Below are positions 9,857 through 19,315 of a stretch of 64,000 nt of DNA, piece after piece (within the stretch, counting starts at the first letter, position 1; each line of letters begins with the position of its first letter). The position numbers and the translations under genes are program-made. The stretch is from Candidatus Kerfeldbacteria bacterium (GTDB lineage Bacteria; Patescibacteriota; Patescibacteriia; SBBC01; CAIJZX01), in assembly GCA_963731735.1 (NCBI GenBank), contig CAVSWO010000002.1:128529-192528 (forward strand). The letters are read 5' to 3'. The notes beneath the pieces were generated by a model. It had not been told where the DNA came from, made no database searches, and worked only from the letters and a program-made list of their open reading frames with translations.

Positions 9857-10672
9857 CTAGGGATATAAACCAATACACCCGGTGGCGCTGCTGCCATTGG
9901 CGCAAAAACAACGGGGGGTCGGATCAACCGCGGAACAATCGTTTAGGCCACCCCCGTTCACGTCATCACCCACCCGAATTGGGGTGCCATCCAGTATTCC
10001 GGCATCCAGGGTTGAACCGATGCCATCATTGCCGCTGTACCACACCGGTAATTGGGTGCTGTCGTAAGCGGATTTCACGGTTAACTGGCCATTGACCTGT
10101 AAATCCCCGCCAATTTCAATCGCATCGTTTGAACTCAATGCGTAGCCGGAAGGGTTGATGTTTGAGATATAGAGCGCGGCCGCCGGATTATCAGCCACCA
10201 AACTGACGGTTGGGTTGGTGCTTGAACCGCCGGTCAGCTGGACTCCCCAACTTTTATCAACCGGAAGTAAACGCAGGCCCAGCAGTTCCCAGGTTCCACC
10301 GCCGCCATCAGCCGGCCAAGTGTTCCGACACGCCCCGCCTAAGCAGACACTGCCGGGTACATCCACATTCACCGCAGCGCCCGAACGGCTAAACTTGACC
10401 GAGAGGTTGGCGGCCAAAGACGAGGGGCGCAGATAAATATCCGACGATGATGAGGCGATGTCCTGCCCGGTGGCGCCCAGTTCAAAATAGCTGTCACCCG
10501 TGCCGCCGGGAACAATCGCCACCACCCCTTGATAGGCTGCCGCTCGGGTGGTCGCACCGGGTGACACCGGCGCGGCCATCGCCGAGGTTGCCAACAATCC
10601 GCCCGCCATCAGCAAGGCGATACCGGCGGTCAACCAGTTCATCCATCGAGAATTGTTGCGGACGGTTTGCAT
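9857..10672 (-). CDS. Secreted fibre-like protein, family B copy 3
   Basis: Start reassigned to ATG 10672, just after the upstream stop. Signal peptide, YQGVVAI..ELG..G.DI, CLGGACRNTWP and WYSGNDGIGSTLDAGILDG motifs. Confidence 0.75.
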   Translation of the reverse strand: MQTVRNNSRWMNWLTAGIALLMAGGLLATSAMAAPVSPGATTRAAAYQGVVAIVPGGTGDSYFELGATGQDIASSSSDIYLRPSSLAANLSVKFSRSGAAVNVDVPGSVCLGGACRNTWPADGGGGTWELLGLRLLPVDKSWGVQLTGGSSTNPTVSLVADNPAAALYISNINPSGYALSSNDAIEIGGDLQVNGQLTVKSAYDSTQLPVWYSGNDGIGSTLDAGILDGTPIRVGDDVNGGGLNDCSAVDPTPRCFCANGSSATGCIGLYP

Positions 10673-10674
10673 AG

Positions 10675-11544
10675 TTAAATATGATTCCACATTGGCGCGC
10701 ATTTCTTTCCGATATCGGTGGCTACACACAAGCAGGCCAACGTTTTGTCTCCACCCGGATTTGGTTGGCCAAACGGACCGAGAATGCTGGCGCATGATGC
10801 AGCGGGTTCCAGCGTGACATTCTCAAAGTCGCCAAATGGTGACACGTAGCGGTCGGCATCAAGTCCTGAACCTTCACCTTGGTGCGGCGCAATACCCGCC
10901 GCCGGATATCCCGGATGCCAAACCTCGCTTCCATTCACGTAAATTTTTCTTCCCACTACCGTCTCCCCATCCGAAAATACGTTGCCGTCGGCTTGCATGG
11001 CTTGGGATAATCCGCTAGTGTCCCGATTAATAACCTGTAATCCGTAATACCCCGAACCATGAACATCCAGAGCGGGTCCGTTCTGGACACGCTGGCTTGA
11101 GGTTCCAACGCCGAGCGCGTAGGTAGCCGTATTGGGTTCCAGGTAGCCACTGTTGACCTGCCAATAATTGCCGCCGCCGGCCGTCGGCCAGACATCCCGG
11201 CAATCCTGGCTGCCGCTCCCGTTTAAACAGAGTTTCCCGGTTATCAAGACGTCTTCGGCGCTCCCATTTTTGAAAAAACGGATGCCTCGAGATTCCGGAA
11301 GCTGGGGACGAAAATAGAGGTCGCCGGTTGAGCCAATGTCCCGCCCGTTGTTACCGATCTCCATGGCTTGGCTGCCGTCCAATATCGTCAGGACTCCGCC
11401 ATAGACGCCAAGTTTTGTAAACGGCGCGCTGTTCGGCCCGTTCGTAATTGGCCCGGCCTGGGCTGGCAACATAGTAACCAGCGCGATGACGGCGATCAGG
11501 CCGAGAGCTAACCAGGTGTGAGATGTGAATCGGAGACGCAACAT
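10675..11544 (-). CDS. Secreted fibre-like protein, family B copy 2
   Basis: Signal peptide, PFTKLGVYGGVLTI..EIGNNGRDIGSTGDLYFRP, CLNG..CRDVWP and GEGSGLDAD motifs. Confidence 0.75.
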   Translation of the reverse strand: MLRLRFTSHTWLALGLIAVIALVTMLPAQAGPITNGPNSAPFTKLGVYGGVLTILDGSQAMEIGNNGRDIGSTGDLYFRPQLPESRGIRFFKNGSAEDVLITGKLCLNGSGSQDCRDVWPTAGGGNYWQVNSGYLEPNTATYALGVGTSSQRVQNGPALDVHGSGYYGLQVINRDTSGLSQAMQADGNVFSDGETVVGRKIYVNGSEVWHPGYPAAGIAPHQGEGSGLDADRYVSPFGDFENVTLEPAASCASILGPFGQPNPGGDKTLACLCVATDIGKKCAPMWNHI

Positions 11545-11545
11545 A

Positions 11546-13045
11546 CTAGTTAAAATTTTCCGTACAAATATCAGCCCCTTGTCCGGCTACCGAATTATAA
11601 AATGTTTTATCATTCGTTAATCGACAATCACACGAGCACGTAAAATTATTCGTATTCCCATCATACGAGCAAGCGGATTGCCCGCAGCTGCCGGTATTGT
11701 AATGAATAGAGCTGCCGGTAAACGAACAGCTGGGGTCTTGGGTCCCCTGACATTTAAATCTCGCGGAGCATTCGGTATTGCAGCGACTGTTATCGCAACT
11801 TATCGGTAACCCCTGATACAAAACCATATACTGTAATAAATCACCGTACAGGCAAAAATCCGTCCCCGGCGGGCCGCAATCATCATTATAGGTACAGCTG
11901 GTGCTGTTATTATTTGCACAATGACCTTGGCCAACATCAACACCAGGTTCGGGATCTTTGGCACATATTTGGGCCTGCGCCGAACAGAGTTGGGAACAAG
12001 TCCCGCCGGGACAGTCCCCTGCGCTGGAACAAGTTCCGCCGGGACAGTCCCCTGCGCTGGAACAAGTTCCGCCGGCATTGCTGCCCCCCACACAAAGTTG
12101 GGAACAAGTTCCGCCGGCATTGCTGCCCCCCACACAAAGTTGATTGTCGGGGGTGTGCAGACAAAGGTATTCAAGATTTGATCCGGTGTTAGTTTCAATA
12201 TCTTTCCAGAATAAATCGTGATAATTTCCGGCCGCGTGGCTGGCTTTGGTGAAGGGTAAATTCGTCGTTCCATCAAACGTGTCGGCATCGACGCCTCCAT
12301 AATTATCATTTTCTGCATTCCAGGGGACCACCGCATAGGTATAGCCGTAGGAATACAAGGTTGGATAGCGAACCTGGTAATTCCCGTTCACTAGGGTGCT
12401 GCCGCCGACGTAATTGCCGCTGCCGGGATCATACCCGGTGGTAATGCGCTTGGTTACTTGGACGGCCGAGCCGGCATAATTGGCGTAGATTTCTCCGGCT
12501 TGGCCGCTGGAGGACGGGATCGGGTTGGTAAATGTACCAATCCGGATGCCGTTATTCCCGTCGGTCGGCTGCAAGTTCGACGGAGAGCCGGCAACTTGCC
12601 AATTCGGGTCGCTAGCACCGCCAGCTGACCAGGCGCTCCGGCAATTTGATAATGTTCCTAAACAAATTTGGCCGCTCGGGATACTGAAATTCGCTTTGCC
12701 GGACCCGCTGTCTTTGTAGATGTAGGCAATGTTATTCGGAAAGGTGTCCGAGGGACTCGTATACGTTGGCTGCATTGCTCCCGGGCGCAGGAAAATATCT
12801 CCGGTTGAAGCAATCTCTCGTCCGGCGTTTCCGAACTCCATCACGCTGTCCGTCGCACCGCCGGGAATGATCGTGATTACACCTTGGTAGACGCCGATCT
12901 TAGTGAAGGGCTCACCATACTGATTGGTTAACGGTCCGGCCTGGGCGGTTCGGGTAATCAATCCTGCCACGATGACAACCAGTCCAGCCACTGTCACAAT
13001 GCTTGGCCAACTCCGGTATGAAAATATGGTGCGTTTCCGGGGCAT
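11546..13045 (-). CDS. Secreted fibre-like protein, family B copy 1, with Cys-rich C-terminus
   Basis: Start reassigned to ATG 13045. PFTKIGVYQGVITI..EFGNAGREIASTGDIFLRP, CLGTLSNCRSAW and GGVDADTFDG motifs. Confidence 0.75.
   Translation of the reverse strand: MPRKRTIFSYRSWPSIVTVAGLVVIVAGLITRTAQAGPLTNQYGEPFTKIGVYQGVITIIPGGATDSVMEFGNAGREIASTGDIFLRPGAMQPTYTSPSDTFPNNIAYIYKDSGSGKANFSIPSGQICLGTLSNCRSAWSAGGASDPNWQVAGSPSNLQPTDGNNGIRIGTFTNPIPSSSGQAGEIYANYAGSAVQVTKRITTGYDPGSGNYVGGSTLVNGNYQVRYPTLYSYGYTYAVVPWNAENDNYGGVDADTFDGTTNLPFTKASHAAGNYHDLFWKDIETNTGSNLEYLCLHTPDNQLCVGGSNAGGTCSQLCVGGSNAGGTCSSAGDCPGGTCSSAGDCPGGTCSQLCSAQAQICAKDPEPGVDVGQGHCANNNSTSCTYNDDCGPPGTDFCLYGDLLQYMVLYQGLPISCDNSRCNTECSARFKCQGTQDPSCSFTGSSIHYNTGSCGQSACSYDGNTNNFTCSCDCRLTNDKTFYNSVAGQGADICTENFN
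11993..12142. repeat. Adjacent in-frame tandem repeats, 2x33 bp plus 2x42 bp
   Basis: Units start at 11993, 12026 (33 bp) and 12059, 12101 (42 bp). All begin ggaacaagt(t/c)ccgccgg. They encode (QLCVGGSNAGGTCS)2(SAGDCPGGTCS)2. Confidence 0.95.
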
Positions 13046-13046
13046 G

Positions 13047-13934
13047 CTATTGGCAATCAAAACTAAATTGATCTTCCTGAATTTCCGGCCAACAGAGTCC
13101 GTCGTTATCATAAATTGGGCTAATGGAAACTTTCATAGGTCCGCCCGCTACGACTGATTCAAATTGCCAGGCCGCATTGGCTACGCCGTTCCCCGTCCCG
13201 GTCCAGGCGAGCCCGCCTTCAACCGGTAATCCTCCGACTGCAATCGGTTGGATCAACGGCGGATTGGCAGTTTGGACTTTGACGTACGGGTCAACCGTAA
13301 TTGATCCAAGATCGCTCCAAGCGGAAATACATTGCCCGCTCGGACTCTCGCCCGCGCCTTTACCGCGTTTTGTAATACCGTTCAAGCAGAGTAAACCAGG
13401 ATTGGAATTCTTATCTTGTTCAACGCTCAAGATGCCAGAAAAACGCGCCGCGAAAGCCCCGCGGTCGAGGTCATCGGTCGCGAAGATGCCCACTTGTGTA
13501 CCGAGTACTCCGATAGCCGGATCGGCAATCACCGTTGCAGCCGGCGTACCGCCTGAACCTTGGAGTGCCGCGTACCCGGTTTGTCGATAGGGTGTATAGG
13601 AATCTATGAGTGATGGATCGTCAACGAGTTGATCAGGATTAACCTTGACCAAGGCACCGCCGACACTGCCACCTAAGTCGCTCCAGGCGGTGATACAGTT
13701 GCCGTTTGGATCCGAACCGTTCAGACACAGCGCGGCTTGATTGACCGTGTCACCGATTACCAAAGAACCAAGCTTAACTTGTGTGTTGCTTGAGGTATCG
13801 AGAAAGGTTGCGCTCCGTCCGCCCGGCGGTGTTGAACTGGGTTCCACGTAGATCGCAATCGCCGGCGCGGCAATCGCCAAACCCAAAATGATCAAGATCG
13901 CCAGGCTGGTGGATGGTACACGCAAGGTCAACAT
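13047..13934 (-). CDS. Secreted fibre-like protein, family A copy 3
   Basis: Signal peptide, YVEPSSTPPGG...TQVKLGSL, two LCLNG...CI.AWSDL motifs. Confidence 0.75.
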   Translation of the reverse strand: MLTLRVPSTSLAILIILGLAIAAPAIAIYVEPSSTPPGGRSATFLDTSSNTQVKLGSLVIGDTVNQAALCLNGSDPNGNCITAWSDLGGSVGGALVKVNPDQLVDDPSLIDSYTPYRQTGYAALQGSGGTPAATVIADPAIGVLGTQVGIFATDDLDRGAFAARFSGILSVEQDKNSNPGLLCLNGITKRGKGAGESPSGQCISAWSDLGSITVDPYVKVQTANPPLIQPIAVGGLPVEGGLAWTGTGNGVANAAWQFESVVAGGPMKVSISPIYDNDGLCWPEIQEDQFSFDCQ

Positions 13935-13935
13935 A

Positions 13936-15573
13936 TTATGGAGTTAAGGTTCCGCCCCCTCCGCCGCCTGAGGAGAACGTGGCGGTCACTGATTTATCAC
14001 CGTTCATGAGTATACTACAGCTCTGACCCGAGCAGGCGCCGCTCCAGCCGGTAAATGTATAGCTGGGGAGAACAATTGTATCTAACGTTTCCGTAATCCC
14101 ATACTCATACACGACTTGCGTGCTGGTACATGACGTGCTGCAGACAAAGCTGTTATTGTTGCCCAGGACACCGCCGGCACTGGTCGGGCCGGACTTGGTT
14201 ACATTCAGGTGCACCACCTTGATGGAATCGGTGGCGGCGTTCGAGTAGCGGGGGAAATGGTTACCTTGGTAGGCGCGATAATAATAGGTTGTACCGGATA
14301 CCACGTTGCTGTCGCCGGAGATACTGACCGATGATCCGCCGTTAACGCTGCCGGCGTAGATGATTGTGCTGCCGCCGACCGTCATGCCGGTGTAATACAG
14401 CCGACCATTCTGCGGCTCGAATGGATCGCTGGCATCGGTACTGCGGGTTACCAGGAGTTGAACGGTCCCGCTCGGGCTCTGCGAACCGGTCGTGATGGAG
14501 AATTTTACTTCATTCTCTAAGGTATAGAGTGAAAGCGTCGGCTGACCGACGGTCGCACAATCAATCGGGCAGTTCCCCTCCGAGGCGCAAAAGCCGTCGC
14601 CGCAGGTACACGGCGCCGAGCCGCAGGATGGTGTGGTGGAAAACCCATACGGATCACCGGCCAGAATCGAACCAACCGATCCGACGCCGTTGCTTGAATC
14701 GGTAACCGTTGAGGCAGTCAAGGATACACCGCCGTATTGTTTCGAGGCGGTGCCATAACTAAACGGCGCGCCGGCCGTAGATTTGCGTAAACGCACATAG
14801 ATAGTGCCTGAGCCGGTTAAATCCTCCCAGGCTGAAATACAACTTGATCCCCCGGTTCCGTTTAGGCACAACTGCCCCGAAGAATATCCGTTATACGGAT
14901 AGGTGTTGCCGGAAATCAGGAGGTTCCCGGCAAATCGGCCGGCCACATTATTGGCATTGCCGCCGTTGGTCGCGTAGATTCCATACAGATTAGACTGCTC
15001 GCCGGGTGACCCGGAATTCGGGGCGGTACAGTCAGAACTTCCGGTACAGGATGATTGTTGATCCCCCGAACAAAAACATGATTCTTGGGTTGACTGGCTT
15101 CCGCAAGGAACCTCATTAGCGCTCGGGTCCAGTTCAACGCACTGGTGCGGCGCCGCAATCACGGCTGAATAATTTTGCTGATCACCGGTTGAGGTAACGC
15201 GCGCGAAGCCGGCCTGGGTATCATAATTGCCATAGCTATTCGGGTTACTGCTGGGTGCGGCTTTATTCAGACGCACGAATTGTCCGCCCAAGGCCGAATC
15301 AATTTGATCCCAGCTACTGATACAGTTTGTCGAATCTCCGGTCCCAACGCCGGCTGTCGGATTTAAACATAAAACGTTACTGCCGCTGCCAATGGTCAGG
15401 TCGCCGGCTTTTTTTTGCGCGCTATCCGAAGCGTTCAAAGGTGGCGCGATTTGACCGTCGGGCGGGTTGTCGGGACGTGGAATATACGAATAGGCGGGTT
15501 GGGTGACCCAAAAGATGCCGCCAAACAACGCGACCAAGAGCACGAAAATACTGGGTAAACGTAGTCGGGTCAT
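13936..15573 (-). CDS. Secreted fibre-like protein, family A copy 2, with FN3-like and InlB-B-repeat-like C-terminal domains
   Basis: Start ATG 15573 (ATGA overlap). PPDGQIAPPLN..AQKKAGDL, two LCLN..CIS.W motifs, GTTYYYRAY, FTGWSGAC..MNGDKSVTATF. Confidence 0.75.
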   Translation of the reverse strand: MTRLRLPSIFVLLVALFGGIFWVTQPAYSYIPRPDNPPDGQIAPPLNASDSAQKKAGDLTIGSGSNVLCLNPTAGVGTGDSTNCISSWDQIDSALGGQFVRLNKAAPSSNPNSYGNYDTQAGFARVTSTGDQQNYSAVIAAPHQCVELDPSANEVPCGSQSTQESCFCSGDQQSSCTGSSDCTAPNSGSPGEQSNLYGIYATNGGNANNVAGRFAGNLLISGNTYPYNGYSSGQLCLNGTGGSSCISAWEDLTGSGTIYVRLRKSTAGAPFSYGTASKQYGGVSLTASTVTDSSNGVGSVGSILAGDPYGFSTTPSCGSAPCTCGDGFCASEGNCPIDCATVGQPTLSLYTLENEVKFSITTGSQSPSGTVQLLVTRSTDASDPFEPQNGRLYYTGMTVGGSTIIYAGSVNGGSSVSISGDSNVVSGTTYYYRAYQGNHFPRYSNAATDSIKVVHLNVTKSGPTSAGGVLGNNNSFVCSTSCTSTQVVYEYGITETLDTIVLPSYTFTGWSGACSGQSCSILMNGDKSVTATFSSGGGGGGTLTP

Positions 15574-16433
15574 GGGCTGCAATCGCTCGGACACTGCGTC
15601 TGTTCGTTATTTTCCGGTGAACAAATTCCGTCTCCGCATGTGTATGAAGCTGGGGTGCTGGCCGCCGGGTGGCCGGCTACCAGGGAACCCACAATAATTG
15701 GGCCGTTGATCCCGATGTTACCATCCTGCGGGGTATAGACCTGCCCTGACTGCAGCTCTAAGACATCATTCGGAACGCCGCCCACGACCTCGGCCCAACT
15801 TTGTTTACAGTCATCATTCAAACAAATAGACGTTTGCCCGCTTTCCGGCAGGATGACAGTTTTACCGGCCAATTGGCCAGCATAATATGAAGAGGTGGAG
15901 CTAGCGGCTTGGATGCCGGTTGAATTATCGATGCTGTTGGCCTGGGCCAGCAGTGAAATAAACTGGAATTTAGGCGAGTTACCGTCCGCCTGGAAGGTAA
16001 TAAAGCCGGAGTCGGCGGTGGCGCCGGCTTGTTGACTCGAATTATAAAGGTGTAAATAGTTACCGCTGGCTTGCGACGCGATATCGCTCCAGGAAGAAAT
16101 GCAATTGGTTGGATCGGTCGTCCAGAGATTCGCATCGGCATTCAAACACAGCCGCGCACAGTTGCCGTTTTCACTCGTCGTGCAATGAGCTAGCTGGCCG
16201 CCCCTTTCACCGAGAATAAGCGAACCGGCCTTCGTTTGGGCGGTAGTTGATCCATTTAAAAATTCTAGGGTGCTGCCACCCGTCGGAACGCCGTCTGGGG
16301 GTGGTCCATTTGGTTCAACGTAAGCTTGCGCACCGGCCACCAGCGGGAAGATAAGCGCCCCGGCCAACAATACGGCGGCCAGGGAAAAACGGGAACGGGA
16401 TTGGATTCGATGTTTCTTTTTAGGCGTTTTCAC
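15570..16433 (-). CDS. Secreted fibre-like protein, family A copy 1
   Basis: Start reassigned to GTG 16433 because the longer ORF overlaps the promoter. YVEPNGPPPDG..AQTKAGSL, two CLN..C..W motifs, CGDGIC. Confidence 0.72.
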   Translation of the reverse strand: MKTPKKKHRIQSRSRFSLAAVLLAGALIFPLVAGAQAYVEPNGPPPDGVPTGGSTLEFLNGSTTAQTKAGSLILGERGGQLAHCTTSENGNCARLCLNADANLWTTDPTNCISSWSDIASQASGNYLHLYNSSQQAGATADSGFITFQADGNSPKFQFISLLAQANSIDNSTGIQAASSTSSYYAGQLAGKTVILPESGQTSICLNDDCKQSWAEVVGGVPNDVLELQSGQVYTPQDGNIGINGPIIVGSLVAGHPAASTPASYTCGDGICSPENNEQTQCPSDCSP

Positions 16434-16461
16434 GACAAGCAATCTACAAAACGACCGCTTG

Positions 16462-16490
16462 AGTATACCAAATTTCGCTTGCCAATGCAA
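16462..16490 (-). promoter_or_regulatory. Sigma70-type promoter of the fibre operon
   Basis: Minus strand TTGCAT-17 nt-TATACT with extended TG. Confidence 0.65.
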
Positions 16491-16560
16491 CTCCTCGTAA
16501 TTCCGAAGATCGTCACAATTTCACCATAGCCAGAATCGCCGGAATTGCCTATACTAACGG

Positions 16561-17025
16561 ATGCTCCGTATGGAAAACCCCCTGTTTCCCGATCAACACC
16601 AAAAAGACGTCCGTCGCGTCGCGGCCTATAGCCTAGTGGTTGCAATCGGACTGATGATTGGCGTTGGTTTGTATTTGCATTTTCAGACTCCCGCCGTCGT
16701 TCCAACCCCCGCCCCCAAGACGCCGGTGGCCGCTACACCCAGCTATTTTACCGACTTTTACGGCTTAATCCGCCAAGTCACAGATACCGGGCTGGTTTTA
16801 GAGGCCACCATCGTCCAACCCTCCGGACAACGCGTAGCCAAGCAGTATACCGTCCTGGTGAATGATAAAACCGCGGTCCAACAACTCTCCACCGACGGTC
16901 AAGCTACCGATTTACCGCTGCATGATCTGCAGGTAGGAGAATTAGTCCAGGCGTTTGGCACTGAAAATTTGGGTCCGATCGATCATTTCGCCGCAACCCG
17001 AATTATTTTAGTTAAAAATTCTTAA
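16561..17025 (+). CDS. Membrane-anchored hypothetical protein (probably leaderless)
   Basis: One TM helix then a beta-rich domain; TATACT lies 5 nt before the ATG. Confidence 0.7.
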   Translation: MLRMENPLFPDQHQKDVRRVAAYSLVVAIGLMIGVGLYLHFQTPAVVPTPAPKTPVAATPSYFTDFYGLIRQVTDTGLVLEATIVQPSGQRVAKQYTVLVNDKTAVQQLSTDGQATDLPLHDLQVGELVQAFGTENLGPIDHFAATRIILVKNS

Positions 17026-17043
17026 TCACGAAGGGAACGACTT

Positions 17044-17601
17044 ATGAGCATACTTACTTGGGTGATTGTCGGGGTTATTGCCTTGGCCTTGCTGTGGCTG
17101 ATGGGCGCGTACAATGGCCTAGTCCGGCTCCGCAATCAAACCGATGAGGCCTGGTCGGATATTGACGTCCAGCTTAAACGACGCTTTGACCTGATCCCCA
17201 ACCTGGTTGAAACCGTCAAAGGCTACGCCAGTCACGAAAAAGAAGTCTTTGAAAAAGTTACCGAGGCTCGAGCGGCCGCGATGAATGCCCAAGGACCGGA
17301 AGCCAAGGGGCAGGCCGATAATATGTTGAGCGGCGCCTTAAAGTCCCTGTTCGCCGTGGCTGAAGCCTATCCGCAATTAAAAGCCAACGAAAACTTCGCC
17401 AAGCTCCAGGATGAATTGTCTGACACGGAGAATAAAATCCAGGCTGCCCGCCGCTTTTACAACGGCAATGTCCGGGATTTCAACACCCGAATGCAACAAT
17501 TCCCGACCAACTTGATCGCCAGTTCGTTTGGCTTCAGCCGACGAGAGTTCTTCGCCCTCGATAACGAAGCGGCTAAGGAACCGGTGGCGGTAAAATTCTA
17601 G
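17044..17601 (+). CDS. lemA: LemA family protein
   Basis: YNGLV, WSDIDVQLKRRFDLIPNLVETVKGY, AEAYPQLKANENF, ARRFYN, FPTNLIA. Confidence 0.95.
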   Translation: MSILTWVIVGVIALALLWLMGAYNGLVRLRNQTDEAWSDIDVQLKRRFDLIPNLVETVKGYASHEKEVFEKVTEARAAAMNAQGPEAKGQADNMLSGALKSLFAVAEAYPQLKANENFAKLQDELSDTENKIQAARRFYNGNVRDFNTRMQQFPTNLIASSFGFSRREFFALDNEAAKEPVAVKF

Positions 17602-17603
17602 CT

Positions 17604-18260
17604 ATGGCGGCATCCGGTCTCCCCGCTTTTGCGGAATTGTTTGAGACGAGCTGGAAACGCTACCAACGGGAATTCCAAACGCTGGTCACCATTGCCCTGA
17701 TCGCCAATGCGGGCACAATTATTTTTGCCTTGGCCCGGACATCCGTTATGTTGACCGGCCTGCTTGGTTTGGCCAGTCTGGTCCTGTCAATTTGGGGTAT
17801 CTTTGCGCTCTATGCCTATGTGATGCTGCCGAATGTCAAAACGGTTGGACAGGCCTACCGCAGCGTCCAAAGTTTTTTTCTGGATGGGATCGTGACCGGA
17901 TTGGTGTATGGGTTGCTGGTGGTGGCCGGATTGATCCTACTGATTGGGCCCGGTATTTATTGGGGAGTGCTGTATGGCTTCGCCGTTTATGTAGTGATCA
18001 AAGAACGTTTACCGCTGGGACAGGCGCTGAGCCGCTCGAAAGCCCTGGTGACCGGTCGCTGGTGGAATATCTTTTGGAAGGTCGCGGTCATTTTGATTTT
18101 TACCGCCGCCGTCCAAAGCTTGCCGGGCATTGGTTTTCCGGCCACCTCGCAACTGGGTAATTTGATTGACGCGGTGATGTCGGCCTTGGTCACGCCTTTG
18201 ACGGTCATCTTTATTGCCAATCTCTACCAGGCGCTAGCGGCCGATCGTCCCGCGAAGTAA
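17604..18260 (+). CDS. Integral membrane protein
   Basis: About 5-6 TM helices, LLIGPGIYW and ALSRSKALVTGRWW motifs. Confidence 0.75.
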   Translation: MAASGLPAFAELFETSWKRYQREFQTLVTIALIANAGTIIFALARTSVMLTGLLGLASLVLSIWGIFALYAYVMLPNVKTVGQAYRSVQSFFLDGIVTGLVYGLLVVAGLILLIGPGIYWGVLYGFAVYVVIKERLPLGQALSRSKALVTGRWWNIFWKVAVILIFTAAVQSLPGIGFPATSQLGNLIDAVMSALVTPLTVIFIANLYQALAADRPAK

Positions 18261-18263
18261 TCC

Positions 18264-19178
18264 ATGGCCACCACCTACCAAGCAATTGCGTCGAATAAGC
18301 GGCGTTCGTTATTCCTGATTCTGGTTTTTATTGTGATCATCGGACTGGCCGGTTGGGCGTTCAGCCAGTGGCTGGATGTGGGGAATATCGGTATCGTTTT
18401 CGCCGTGCTGCTGGCCGTCGGCATGTCCCTGGGCGGCTACTATGGCGGTGACAAGGTAGCCTTAGCCGCCTCTGGCGCGCGCGGACCGATCACCCAGGAT
18501 GATAATCCCTATCTTTATCGATTGGTTGAGAATCTCTGCATCGCCAACGGCCAACCGCTCCCAAAAATCTACCTGATGGAAGACCCGGCGATTAACGCTT
18601 TTGCCACCGGTCGAGATCCGCAGCGGGCGTCGATCGCGGTCACCACCGGGGCGATTGAAAAACTCGAAAACGAGGAGCTTGAAGGTGTCTTAGCGCATGA
18701 GCTGAGCCATATCAAAAATTTTGACATACGGTTTATGACGCTGGTAACGGTCTTGGCCGGGGTCTTGATACTGTTGGCTGATTTCTTCTGGCGGGCACAG
18801 TGGTTCGGCGGTCGACGCAGCGGCAACCGTTCGAATAACCAGGCCCAGGGGATTTTGATGATCATCGGGTTAGTTCTGCTGATTTTGGCGCCGATCATTG
18901 GACGCTTGATTCAGTTTGCGGTCTCGCGTCGTCGAGAATTTTTGGCCGACGCTTCGGGGGCATTACTGACGCGCTATCCGGAAGGCCTGGCTTCGGCCTT
19001 ACAAAAAATTGAAACTGGCAATCGCCAGCCAATGGCGCATGCGTCAAATGCCACCGCTCATTTATTTTTCAGTAATCCATTTGGTCCCGTCACCAAGGGC
19101 TTGTCGCGATTATTTATGACGCACCCGCCAATTCCGGAACGGGTGGCCGCCTTGCGGGCAATGGGCAACATTCGGTAA
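18264..19178 (+). CDS. htpX: Zn metalloprotease HtpX (M48)
   Basis: NAFATGRDP, AHELSH, SRRREFLAD, THPP..ER. Confidence 0.95.
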   Translation: MATTYQAIASNKRRSLFLILVFIVIIGLAGWAFSQWLDVGNIGIVFAVLLAVGMSLGGYYGGDKVALAASGARGPITQDDNPYLYRLVENLCIANGQPLPKIYLMEDPAINAFATGRDPQRASIAVTTGAIEKLENEELEGVLAHELSHIKNFDIRFMTLVTVLAGVLILLADFFWRAQWFGGRRSGNRSNNQAQGILMIIGLVLLILAPIIGRLIQFAVSRRREFLADASGALLTRYPEGLASALQKIETGNRQPMAHASNATAHLFFSNPFGPVTKGLSRLFMTHPPIPERVAALRAMGNIR

Positions 19179-19275
19179 CAACAGCCCCTGTATCACAAAA
19201 TTATAAGCCGAGACAAATTGGCAAAAGCCCTGATCCGTGTAACCGAGTCGTGTGATTTGTCCTTCCTCGGCAGGG

Positions 19276-19304
19276 TTGACAAACGTGTTTACAGATACTA
19301 CAAT
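19276..19304 (+). promoter_or_regulatory. Near-consensus sigma70 promoter of clpC
   Basis: TTGACA-17 nt-TACAAT, ATG 11 nt downstream; an ACAGAT/ATCTGT inverted repeat overlaps the -10 element. Confidence 0.75.
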
Positions 19305-19315
19305 CTGTCGTAAGC

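Noticed and set aside
11993-12142. CRISPR array or DGR variable repeat
   Set aside because: These are in-frame coding repeats without unique spacers or A-specific mismatches, and no cas or reverse transcriptase gene is in the window.
9857-16433. Shufflon or prophage tail module
   Set aside because: All genes are co-oriented with their own signal peptides. No invertase, inverted sfx-like sites or phage structural genes are present.
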